IMG/VR virus record: IMGVR_UViG_3300033066_001289
Span: 32,001 to 96,000 of that record
Source of the DNA: a virus
Lineage: Duplodnaviria > Caudoviricetes
Length of the DNA stretch: 64,000 nucleotides
Direction: 5' to 3' (one strand)
The position numbers were made by a program, and so were the translations under genes. The stretch's first letter is position 1, and the number at the start of each line of letters is the position of its first letter. Below are positions 9,560 through 19,601 of this stretch, one piece after another. The notes under the pieces were generated by a model, which was not told the origin of the DNA, did not search any database, and saw only the letters and a list, made by a program, of their open reading frames with translations.

Positions 9560-11018
9560 TTCATTTCCTTACTCTTATGCACTATAAAGCCCTGCTCTTC
9601 TGAGTAAATTTTATATCTTAATATAGAGTGTTTCTTTAGGAATTTTGTTTGGTCATAGAAGTCTATAACTGCTGAATAATCTTTATTCTGTGAAGATCTG
9701 ATTACACGCCCAATGCGCTGTAAGCTCTTCACAGAAGACTTACCGCTTCCTGCCAAAACCAATGCAGAAATCGTTTTAATATCAACTCCGAATATCAAAA
9801 ATAGTACTAGCTATAATTAAATTCAATTCTCTTTTTAATAATCTTTCCTTAATCTCTCCACGTTCCTCTAATGAATTCTTTCCAGACAACAACTCACAAT
9901 CTATATTATTATCTTTAAACTTCTCTAACAATATCTTTCCATGATTAATTGTCTTATATAAGACCAATACTTGATGTCCTTTATCAAGCAACATTTTAGT
10001 ATTCTTTACTATTAAAGCATTTCTAGTATCATTCTCAACTATGTAAGTTTTATATACAGATTGATACTGCCCTCCAGACATTGAAATAGCTGGTACACTA
10101 ACAAACTTAATTATAGGCTGTACTAATACTTTCTTAGCTATTAACTCTGAAGCTGATATATCTAATATCTTTTCTCCAAGTATTCCTTCAACTAATAAAT
10201 CTGCACCATCTCCTCTATATGGAGTTCCACTTAATCCATATAAATGCTCAGCATCTATTGCTTTATAAAGTGCCTTAAATGTATTACAAGTACACATATG
10301 ACATTCATCTAGTATATGTACTTTATTTGTTTTTAATAGATTTAATATGGCTAAAGTATTGTTTTGATTAAAATCCTCAGAGTCTACTTCATCATCTTCT
10401 ACTAAATCATTCTTTAAACTTAAAGCCTGTCCAATTGTCCATATAGAGGCAATATTGATTCTTTTAATATTACAAATACCGATTTCCTATATAGCCAATT
10501 TCTTCATCAAAGATTGAAGAGAATAAATCATGAAACTGTTTTAATAAATCTAAACCTATTACATATATTGTAGTTGGTTTATTTAGATAAGCAGTTATTA
10601 ATGCAGCGATTAAAGTCTTACCAGAGCCTGTAGCAGCTCTTATAATGCCCTTATTACTTTCTGATATAGCTTTGACTGCATTTAATTGATAGTCTCTTGG
10701 AGACATTCCTAGAGTCATTAACTTGGCTGAAACATCTAGTGGATCATTAATAGGTACAGGAATACGATTATCAATTAATTCATAGTCCATCTTAAGTTGC
10801 TTAAGATGTTTTTTAACTTTATTGGTTAGACCAATAGGAAATTTATTTTTAGCAGTTAGGAGGTGGGTAAAGCCATCCCAATTTGTATTTTTGTATAGTG
10901 GAAGGTATTCAACGCCTTGTAATTTATAAGATAGTAGAGAGTCGATTTCTTTTCTTAAATTATGGTTGTCAGTTTCTAGCTGAGCATATTTATTATTTAA
11001 TAGTGTTATCTTGTTCAT
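9556..11018 (-). CDS. Superfamily 2 (DExH, UvsW-like) helicase (two CGG +1 sites: 10478, 9787)
   Basis: PRDYQ, AATGSGKT, ILDECH, SGTP, IFDIG|VD and QRIGR all in one reconstructed frame. Confidence 0.9.
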
Positions 11019-11051
11019 CCAGAACAATATAACTAGAAATCAGCTGAAATA

Positions 11052-11285
11052 TTATTTAAAAATGTATTCTTTGAGGAATTTGTTTTTAATTTTAATCCAC
11101 TTCTTAGGAGTTAAATTTTCTCCTAAAAATTCATCATAAAGAAAATATCTAGTAGTAATAGATCCATCTTCCCATAGCACTTCTAATGCAGGACCATCTA
11201 ATCTATGTAGAAGTTTATTTGGATCATCATATGAATGATCAATAGTGCCATCAAGATAATAATATGTAGATTTAATTTCGTTCAT
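11052..11285 (-). CDS. Small HRLDGPA-motif protein
   Basis: LHRLDGPA; ends KEYIFK. Confidence 0.75.
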   Translation of the reverse strand: MNEIKSTYYYLDGTIDHSYDDPNKLLHRLDGPALEVLWEDGSITTRYFLYDEFLGENLTPKKWIKIKNKFLKEYIFK

Positions 11286-11627
11286 ATTTCTTTTAATTGT
11301 TTAAAAGCATCTAATATTTCTTTTAATTTAATTAATAAACTACCAATGCTAATATTAATTAAACCTTTTAGAGCCAAATAAATCTCTTTAATTCTTTTTT
11401 CTGAAGAAGAATAGTCACCGAAGTTCCAAATCCATAATAATAGATTCTGATATAGTTGCAATATTTTTTATTAAATTAGAGTTTTTGATTTTATATTGCT
11501 CTTCTAACTTATGAACGTCAGCCTTTTCAGCTAAAGAATTATTTAAATCTGCTAATAAATCAACAATTTCATTTGATTTTAGCTCTATTAGTTTGGCTTT
11601 TAATTGTTCGGCAAATTTATATATCAT
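11282..11627 (-). CDS. Hypothetical protein (one CGG +1 site, 11417-11420)
   Basis: ...MDLELG|DYSSSEKRIKE...KEI*; reconstructed stop overlaps the next ATG. Confidence 0.65.
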
Positions 11628-11641
11628 ATATAAATGCTATT

Positions 11642-11878
11642 TTATTCAAATATCTTTTGTTTTATATATTTTTCAACTGCTTTTTCATATAGTTCTTTAT
11701 CTTTTGGATAGCACCCTATAAATACATTATCAATATAATAAGTTCCGCTATTTTTTTCTAAAAATGCAATTGCTGGACCATCCAACCTATGTAAATGTAA
11801 ATTTAGACCATGAATATAAGGATCATTTAAATAATAAAATTTTGTATTTCCAGTTATTGCCGTAATATTATAGTTCAT
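11642..11878 (-). CDS. Small HRLDGPA-motif protein
   Basis: LHRLDGPA; ends KQKIFE; near-duplicate of 11875-12141. Confidence 0.75.
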   Translation of the reverse strand: MNYNITAITGNTKFYYLNDPYIHGLNLHLHRLDGPAIAFLEKNSGTYYIDNVFIGCYPKDKELYEKAVEKYIKQKIFE

Positions 11879-12141
11879 TTAAATACTTGTTCTTTTATAT
11901 ATTTTTCAACTGCTTTTTCATATAATTCTTTATCTTCTGGATAACTTCCAATATATACGCAATTAATAAAATAAGCTCCACCAATTTTTTCTAAATACTC
12001 TGCTGCTGGACCATCTAGCCTATGTAAGAAATGAATTTGATATCCATTTAAACAATAAAATTTTGTATTTCCACTTATGTATGAAAATTTATAATTCATA
12101 AAACAAAAATGGAGACCATTTCTAGTCTCCATTCCTTTCAT
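11875..12141 (-). CDS. Small HRLDGPA-motif protein
   Basis: LHRLDGPA; DKELYEKAVEKYIK shared with its neighbour; ends KEQVFK. Confidence 0.75.
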   Translation of the reverse strand: MKGMETRNGLHFCFMNYKFSYISGNTKFYCLNGYQIHFLHRLDGPAAEYLEKIGGAYFINCVYIGSYPEDKELYEKAVEKYIKEQVFK

Positions 12142-12153
12142 ACTATTTAATAA

Positions 12154-13479
12154 TTACTTTCTACGATCAACTACATTATTTCCGCATTAACTTACCAAAT
12201 GCTGAAGATTTAGATTGAATCTTATCTTTCAATTTCTGTACTGCATTAACTGTCTCATGTCCAGTATCTAATGTCAAAGTTACATTTCTTTGTTCATTCT
12301 TAGCCTTAGCCTGTCCCATCAATTCCTGTGCATCCTTTTTCAAAGATTCAACTCTTGTAGATGGTAGTCCAAGCCCTGAGAACATCGAATAAACTCTTAC
12401 AATATCATCAGGAATGTCCTGAGATACATATGAGCCTCTAAAGATGCCCATTGGTTGACCACATTTATCCTGAATCATACTCATTCCATAACCTACACTT
12501 ACGTTTGGAATCTTCTTCCATGTTGATTCATTTGCAATTACCATTACTCCTACATACTTAGCTTGTTTCAAATCAAATCCACTTGCTAGTAAGTTTCCGT
12601 CTAAATTAGATATAATTGCTTCTGCTATAGCTGTCTCTGAATTAATATCATTTACATCTACTGCTCCATAAATTGATAATCCCTCTCCATCAATTAATAT
12701 CTTTAATAGTTCTGCTGAATCTAAACTCTTATCAATAGATGGTAGCATGCTATATGTATTAAATACATCTAGAGGTTCTACCATAGCTTTATTAGCTGTT
12801 GGGAAAAAGTCTAATTGACTTAATTGACTATAAATTAATTGTAACTTGCTATTATCACAAACAATTAAATTATGTATTCTCTTATTCTGTACAAATTTAC
12901 TTAATTTACTTAGAGTCTCTAAAGCATTGTGTTTAGTTTGAGCATCATCATTATCCATTGGTAGAGCCGCAATAACGATTACAGGGCGTCCAAAGTCTGA
13001 TAGAATATCTACAAGTACTTCTGTTGAACCTGCTCCTGAACCACCACCTAAGCTTGTACATAATACATTTATATGACAGTCGCCAAGTTTATCTTTTAGC
13101 AATTCTATAATAGCATCTTTATTAGATTCTGCAGCCTCTGCACCAATGCTAAGCTCTTTAGCTGCACCAGCTATACCTGCATTAATTACTAATTTATTTG
13201 AATCTGGAACGTTCAATAGTTTAAGATCTTGCATAGCAGTATTGATACAAACTGCTGGATAGCCTAGACTATACCAAACTTCTGCCAATCTACCACCAGC
13301 TTGACCGAGATCCTATAACTCCAAAATTAAAGGAGCGTTCTTTTTTAGCTATTAGCTTAGCACCGACCAGCTTTAGCTTTTAGCATAGCCAGTTTATTTG
13401 GATCTAGTGCTGTAGATTCTTTTAAATTATCGATAACTTCTTCTTTAGTATTTTCTTCTGTGTATGATTTTGCTGACAT
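12154..13479 (-). CDS. Tubulin/FtsZ-family GTPase (PhuZ/TubZ-like; three CGG +1 sites: 13362, 13304, 12181)
   Basis: FGVIGSG|QAGGRLAE (T1 loop), INTA..D, LGGGSGAG tubulin signature, DN, LDSAE; C-terminus KLMG|NNVVDRRK*. Confidence 0.9.
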
Positions 13480-13490
13480 ATTTATTTCCT

Positions 13491-14394
13491 TCATTTAAAG
13501 AACCATTGATTATTTTTATACCAACTGATTAGAACCTCATCATATTTGAGCTTTGTATCTGGTGTAAAATCAAGTTCATTTTTTATTTTTGTAAAGTCAC
13601 ATCCTAATATTTTATAATCTTTATTTGTATCTTCTAATTTAATTAGATCATGTCCACCTTCCATTAAGTTACAAACATGTTGTACAACTTCAACATTTGA
13701 ATATGTTTGATTTGATCCAACATTATATGTAACCGAATTATTTAAGTACAAAGTTTTATACAACATCTTATAAAAATCTGGCAATGATAACCATTGCTTT
13801 ATATTTTCACCTCTATCATCTAAAACAATTGGCTCCTTATTTAATATAGCCTTAATTGTTTTAGGTATTAAAAATTCTTTAGATTGCCTAATTCCATATA
13901 AATTACATAATCTTAATATTATATTGGTTGCATTAGACTTTAGTTTAATTAAATCTTCACAAGCCTTTTTAGAATATTCAAACATACTTTGAGGAACTAT
14001 TTCAGAACTTTCAGTAGGTAAATTATCTTCTGATAAAACATAATCATATATTTTATAAGAAGAAAAATAAATTAACTTATCTACAGAATTCTTATTACAA
14101 GCATCAATTAAGTTATTTGTAGCTTGAATGTTTTTGATATGATCTTTATCATGAGCTGCATGAATAACTATATCTGGCTTTTCTATTTCGAAAATAGTAT
14201 TTGTAAATCTTGCATCAGATAGATCTGCTAAATAAAACTGATGTAATTTATTAAAATATCTATTTTGTAATAATTCTGGTTCTGACATATTGTCAATTGA
14301 GGCAAAAGAATATGGCAATTTTTCATAAATTGATTTACGAATAAAATTGCTAGCTATAAAGCCACATGAACCGAGTTACGAGTATTTTTTTCAT
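13491..14394 (-). CDS. NAD-dependent epimerase/dehydratase, RmlB-like (one CGG +1 site, 14370-14373)
   Basis: MKKILVTG|SCGFIASNF Rossmann motif, VIHAA, RLCNLYG..Q..EFLIP, YNVGS. Confidence 0.85.
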
Positions 14395-15186
14395 TTATAT
14401 ATATTATATTTCTTAGTATATTTGTCAATGTCTACAGAAACAATATTCGCCCAAGTTTGTTTAAAAACATTGGTATTATGAGACATAAATAATTTATTAA
14501 TTGGATTAGTTTTTAATGACGAAGATTCATCATGAAATATATCAGTACTTCCACAATATACTACTTTTTTGCCCAAATTATATTTTATTTTTAAATTAAG
14601 ATCTATATCTTCAAAAGCCCATTTATATTGATTATTAAATCCACCAACTGCATTAAAATCTTTTACATTAACAAGCATTACAGCTCCTGTAACAGATTGA
14701 TATTCTCTATTCTCTCTATCAAAAGCAGAAGTTTTCTGACCTACCTTTAAATGAGTTGGAGTTTTATAATGATGAATAACAACTCCACAATGTTGAATTT
14801 TATCAGTATTAGTATAAAGAAGTCTAGCGCCTACAACGCCAATTTCTGGATTAGAAGCTAATAAATTCAACATGTTCTTAATAGAATCAGTTGAATTTAT
14901 AACCACATCATTATTTAAAAATAGTATTTGATCTATTTCATCTGGCTTAGCCTGTTCATGAATATAATTCATACCTTCAGAAAAGCTTTGAATATTATTA
15001 GGATAAGCTATAATATTAACATTTGGATTATCCCAAGACTTAATTTCTTCTATAGTCGAATCTTTAGAACCGATTATCTTTAATATACCATTTATAATCT
15101 ATACCTTCTAAAGCTGGTATAAGAGAGTTTTTAAGTCTAACTAATAAGTCTTTTTTGTTCCAAGTTAATGTATATATATGTAGCAT
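14391..15186 (-). CDS. Glycosyltransferase family 2 (one CGG +1 site, 15069-15072)
   Basis: IKDNG|SKDST, LFLNNDV, VTGAVML, GGFN..Y..FEDIDL. Confidence 0.88.
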
Positions 15187-16162
15187 TATAATCCTATTCT
15201 AAGTCCTAGTCCAAATTGTAAACCATTACCATATCCTACAGATGGACCTATATATAAATTAGATAAGCCAGGAATATGTTTTCCTATATTATAACTGGCT
15301 GGATTTAAAATTAAATTACCGTCTGTGATTTGTGGCATCATATGATAGTCCAGGAGCCAAAAATATCCAATCTGGGTTACTTTTAAATTTTCCATATGAA
15401 AATAATGGTACTGAAATTCCTATATTATGTGCTGACAATGTATTATCATAAGCAGCATAAAACTTAGGATTAAATCTAAATTTATTTTCTGGATATTGTT
15501 CTTTTAACTCTGCTGTATCAATCTTAATTTCATAATCTTTATCATCAACTTTTATAATAAACTTATTATAAACAAAATGTCTAGAATTTTCATCCATTCC
15601 TATAACAGTACTAGATATATATTTTCTAGGTTTAATATCAAGTAACCAAGGATTCTTTTGAGTAGCATCAAAGCCTACAGTACCAATTGGTATTTTAATA
15701 TTTGAAAAAGGTTCCGAAAGAACATAAAATTGACGTTGTTTAAAATAAGAATATTTATCTTCTGTACATTCTTTATCTTGACACTTAATTGTGGGCGGGG
15801 GATTTATGATGGGAATAGTGTAAGAACTTCCGTCTCCTGTTGAGTAATAACCATGACTAGAAGTTTGAGTCTTATTAATTGCAATTATACTAGCATTAAA
15901 TGTGTCTAAATCTTTTTTAATTACTTCTAAATCTATCTTAGATTCTTTGGCAAATTTTTCTAGATCTGATTTTGTTACATATTCAGACATTGACCTAGTT
16001 ATATTATCTTGTAATTCTTTTTGTTTAATTATTGAGGATTCAATATATTGCTTATCTAAATTTGATTGTCTACATGAAAGGAATATAAATCCGAACCATT
16101 AAAACAACTGAAAGACAACAGAAAAGAACAGTGAACAATTTATATTTTGATAATTCTTCCAT
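15186..16162 (-). CDS. Membrane-anchored hypothetical protein (two CGG +1 sites: 16090, 15318)
   Basis: N-terminal hydrophobic segment ending FIFLSC, coiled coil, C-terminal amphipathic beta strands (GPSVGYGNGLQFGLGLRIGL). Confidence 0.7.
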
Positions 16163-16180
16163 TATATCATATATAACTAG

Positions 16181-16405
16181 TTATTTGAAAATTTGCTCTT
16201 TTATTGTCTGTGAATATAATTTTTTAAATTTTTCATTTGAAAGATTTTCTCCCAAATAAAATCCATTACAAAAATACGCTGGTTTTGCATAATATCTAGA
16301 TGATCCATCATAAGATACTAGTGCTGGACCACTAGGATTATCAAGATATCCATAATCATTGTAAACATAAATATTTTTACAATTCTGAAATAAAACTATT
16401 TTCAT
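16181..16405 (-). CDS. Small GPA-motif protein
   Basis: LDNPSGPA; ends KEQIFK. Confidence 0.7.
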   Translation of the reverse strand: MKIVLFQNCKNIYVYNDYGYLDNPSGPALVSYDGSSRYYAKPAYFCNGFYLGENLSNEKFKKLYSQTIKEQIFK

Positions 16406-16623
16406 TCAAATACCAATTTCTTTAATACTATGTTTTTTCGCTTTTCAAATTCTTTATTGGAAAGATTTTTACCAATATATTGTCCATAAATATAGTATTG
16501 TAATGCTCCAATATATGGACCAGAAAGAAAAATAAATGCTGGTCCATTTAAATTATGAATTTTCCCACACGGTTCGCAATCGTATATTATAATATGATAA
16601 TCTAATTTAATAATCATTTCCAT
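16402..16623 (-). CDS. Small GPA-motif protein
   Basis: IHNLNGPA; ends KKLVFE. Confidence 0.7.
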   Translation of the reverse strand: MEMIIKLDYHIIIYDCEPCGKIHNLNGPAFIFLSGPYIGALQYYIYGQYIGKNLSNKEFEKRKNIVLKKLVFE

Positions 16624-17264
16624 TTTTCTATAAATAATTTCTTACTAGTTTGATATAGCTTTGGAATATTTAATTGTTTGCCTGATATCTTTCCAAAATG
16701 CACAACAGGTATATCTACAACCTTAAATTGGATTTTTAATTCTCTAGCTCTAAAACTTAAATCAGTGTCCTCAAAAAAATGAGGATATCTTTCATCAAAG
16801 ATTTTACCATCTTCCTTTAGCTTTTCCCAAGTTTGTCTAGATCCACATATGCACCATCCTGACATATAGGAATTTCCAATTAAAAATTTATTTTCTTCTT
16901 TTACAAAATTAAAATCTTTATCCAATAATCCCATTGTTGGACCAGTTAAGGCTGATGAATCTATTAATCTGTCTGTCCAATTATCAAAATTATCTTTAAC
17001 TCTTATGTCATTGTTTAGAAATAATATATTATCTCCAGAAGAGAATTCATAAGCTTTATTATTACCTGGACCAAAACCATAGTTAATATCACTACGAATA
17101 TATCTAAACTCTTTAGTATCCATTAGTTTAGAATGTGTCTCATCTGTACTACCATTATCATATACTATGATTTCAGTATCATTTGATAATTTAGATAAAT
17201 CATCTAAACATGATTTAGTAAAATTATATTTATTATAACAAAGAATAATTATACTTAATTTCAT
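16614..17264 (-). CDS. Glycosyltransferase family 2
   Basis: SIIILCYN, DNGSTD, NYGFGPGNN, LFLNND, FFEDTDLSFR. Confidence 0.9.
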   Translation of the reverse strand: MKLSIIILCYNKYNFTKSCLDDLSKLSNDTEIIVYDNGSTDETHSKLMDTKEFRYIRSDINYGFGPGNNKAYEFSSGDNILFLNNDIRVKDNFDNWTDRLIDSSALTGPTMGLLDKDFNFVKEENKFLIGNSYMSGWCICGSRQTWEKLKEDGKIFDERYPHFFEDTDLSFRARELKIQFKVVDIPVVHFGKISGKQLNIPKLYQTSKKLFIEKWK

Positions 17265-17509
17265 TTAAAAACTCTTTCTTTTATTATTTTATTAAATAAA
17301 ATATTAGTTTCTTTTAATGGCTTAGAGGATTCTGTTATATATTCTCCATTAATATAAAGCAAATACTTATTTTTTTTAAAAAATAATTTAGCTATTCCAG
17401 TAATAGGTTCACCTTTATAATCTATATATGAGTCTTCACGACAACAATATTCATTCTCTTTTAACTGTACAGAATAAGTATTATTCCATTTATAAAGTTT
17501 TAAATTCAT
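17261..17509 (-). CDS. PITGI-family small protein (array member)
   Basis: EPITGIA; ends KERVFK. Confidence 0.75.
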   Translation of the reverse strand: MNLKLYKWNNTYSVQLKENEYCCREDSYIDYKGEPITGIAKLFFKKNKYLLYINGEYITESSKPLKETNILFNKIIKERVFK

Positions 17510-17790
17510 TTAAATGCCTCTTCTTTTATAGCTTGCTCTAATTTCTTTGCCGCTTCTTCAGGAGTATTAAGTATATTTCCATTAGTAATATTTCTTCCAT
17601 TTAAATATAAAATATAATAATTTCCATGATAAAAAGTATGCAATATTCCTTTTGCAATTCCAGTAATTGGCTCATATTTATAATCAACAAATAATCTACC
17701 AATTCTACAATATTCATTTTCTTTCATTGGTAAATGATATTGCGTTTGATTATAGAGACAATAATGAAAATTATAAAATTTAATATTCAT
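17506..17790 (-). CDS. PITGI-family small protein (array member)
   Basis: EPITGIA; ends KEEAFK. Confidence 0.75.
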   Translation of the reverse strand: MNIKFYNFHYCLYNQTQYHLPMKENEYCRIGRLFVDYKYEPITGIAKGILHTFYHGNYYILYLNGRNITNGNILNTPEEAAKKLEQAIKEEAFK

Positions 17791-18026
17791 TCAAATACTG
17801 CTTTCTTTAAACATAGTTTAAAGCCTTCTTTTGTACCAAAATCAATTACAATTCCATTGATAAAATATATCAAATCACCTCTTTGACTCTTTGCAATTCC
17901 AGTAATTTGCTCCAATTTATTATTAACCCATGTTTGAATATTATTTTTACGATATATGCAAATTTCATTATCTAACATTGTTGTATAGTCATGAATCCCA
18001 TATCTTATTTTATATTCTTTTATCAT
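17787..18026 (-). CDS. PITGI-family small protein (array member)
   Basis: EQITGIA; ends KKAVFE. Confidence 0.75.
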   Translation of the reverse strand: MIKEYKIRYGIHDYTTMLDNEICIYRKNNIQTWVNNKLEQITGIAKSQRGDLIYFINGIVIDFGTKEGFKLCLKKAVFE

Positions 18027-18289
18027 TCAAACACCATTTGTTTTAAATATTTTTCAAAATCTTCTATATTTCCAGTTTCATTACATTCATTTACTGTTAT
18101 TCCATTTACATACCATCTATAATAATCTCCAACTATTCCAATTCCTGTTATTAGATTAAATTCAAAATCAATAATTTGGGCATTTTCTAAATTTTCATCC
18201 CATAACATAGTATATTCATCTTCTTTTAATGGAAATGTATTAAAACAATCGGCATCATAATTGTAATTATATTTATATATTTTAGTCAT
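18023..18289 (-). CDS. PITGI-family small protein (array member)
   Basis: NLITGIG; ends KQMVFE. Confidence 0.75.
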   Translation of the reverse strand: MTKIYKYNYNYDADCFNTFPLKEDEYTMLWDENLENAQIIDFEFNLITGIGIVGDYYRWYVNGITVNECNETGNIEDFEKYLKQMVFE

Positions 18290-18567
18290 TCAAATACTTT
18301 TTTCTTTAAAAAATCTAAAATCGCTTTTTCATTAGTACTACGAATATTAGTGCTCTTTCCACTATAATAAAAAATATTATTACCATCATTATTACCTATT
18401 CCAGTTATAGGAATATCTTGCCAATCAAAATATGAACAACTGTGCATATTATAATAATAACTATTATCTTTTAAAGAATCTTTTGCAAAAGATGTGGTGC
18501 TGTATGCTCCAGAACAATCATCTTTTGATCTCCTAGCCCCATAATAAATATAAGTTTTATAATTCAC
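18286..18567 (-). CDS. PITGI-family small protein (array member)
   Basis: IPITGIG; ends KKKVFE. Confidence 0.75.
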   Translation of the reverse strand: MNYKTYIYYGARRSKDDCSGAYSTTSFAKDSLKDNSYYYNMHSCSYFDWQDIPITGIGNNDGNNIFYYSGKSTNIRSTNEKAILDFLKKKVFE

Positions 18568-18839
18568 TTAAATATTAATTCTTTCAAATGTTGTTCAAAT
18601 TTCTTAGAATTATTACCATATTTACCTCTTATAATTTGACCATCAAAATACCATTTATATCTTTCCTTTCCATCATAATGTTCTAAAAATCCAATTCCAG
18701 TTATTGGTTCATAATTACCATTAACAAAATACATTTTATTTTCATCAGTTATATATAAAGAATACTCATTTTCTTTAATTGGAAATAAATATAATTCATA
18801 AGCAAACTTATTATACATATAATTATAAATTTTTGTCAT
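18564..18839 (-). CDS. PITGI-family small protein (array member)
   Basis: EPITGIG; ends KELIFK. Confidence 0.75.
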   Translation of the reverse strand: MTKIYNYMYNKFAYELYLFPIKENEYSLYITDENKMYFVNGNYEPITGIGFLEHYDGKERYKWYFDGQIIRGKYGNNSKKFEQHLKELIFK

Positions 18840-19108
18840 GTAAAAATTAATTCCTTTAATAAAAGCATATACTCTTTTTTGGTTGGATTTTTGGTATGCG
18901 TTCCAATTCTATTTCCATCATATACATATAATGTCCATCCATTCCCTCCAATATTCACTGATCCTGAAATTAACTGTTTTTTATTATTAAAATATTTTGA
19001 AGTAAGTTCACAGCACCAACAATAATTATCTGGCAAATTAGCCATATACCTATTAAGCAAATTTGATTTCATGTTGCGAACATAACCTTGACATTCATAA
19101 TATTTCAT
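18836..19108 (-). CDS. PITGI-family small protein (array member)
   Basis: QLISGSV; ends KELIFT. Confidence 0.7.
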   Translation of the reverse strand: MKYYECQGYVRNMKSNLLNRYMANLPDNYCWCCELTSKYFNNKKQLISGSVNIGGNGWTLYVYDGNRIGTHTKNPTKKEYMLLLKELIFT

Positions 19109-19359
19109 TTAAATATATTTTCTTTAATTATTTGATTATATAATGTTTCTAAACTTTGTATTGAATGCCCATTAATTCTATCATTATGAATTATTAGCCC
19201 ATTTAACACAATATAAAACCAATTATCTGCTTTTATAATTCCAACAAATGGATTTTTATTATAATCTAATAATAATTCTTTTTCTTCAAAAAAATAAATT
19301 TCATCTTCTTTTACATTTACATTTGTTGTTCTTTTACCAATATATTTATAGAATATCAT
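19105..19359 (-). CDS. PITGI-family small protein (array member)
   Basis: NPFVGII; ends KENIFK. Confidence 0.7.
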   Translation of the reverse strand: MIFYKYIGKRTTNVNVKEDEIYFFEEKELLLDYNKNPFVGIIKADNWFYIVLNGLIIHNDRINGHSIQSLETLYNQIIKENIFK

Positions 19360-19601
19360 TTAAATATATGCTCTTTTACTGCTTTATTAAATTCTTTTTC
19401 TAATAATTTTTTTGATTTATTTTTGACTAAATATTTAATACAATATCCATTTAAATAAAAATTAAAACAATTTTTATTTAATATACCAATCCCAGTAAAA
19501 GGCTGTCTTTTATTATCAACATAAACAAATATATCATCATCTAAACTATACTCTTCATCATTTAAGGATGTTGAATTTATATTAAATTTTAAATATCTCA
19601 T
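19356..19601 (-). CDS. PITGI-family small protein (array member)
   Basis: QPFTGIG; ends KEHIFK. Confidence 0.75.
   Translation of the reverse strand: MRYLKFNINSTSLNDEEYSLDDDIFVYVDNKRQPFTGIGILNKNCFNFYLNGYCIKYLVKNKSKKLLEKEFNKAVKEHIFK

Noticed and set aside
17261-19601. CRISPR array or DGR target repeats
   Set aside because: Repetition is at protein level only, with no identical DNA repeats, no adenine-specific TR/VR pair and no reverse transcriptase in the window.
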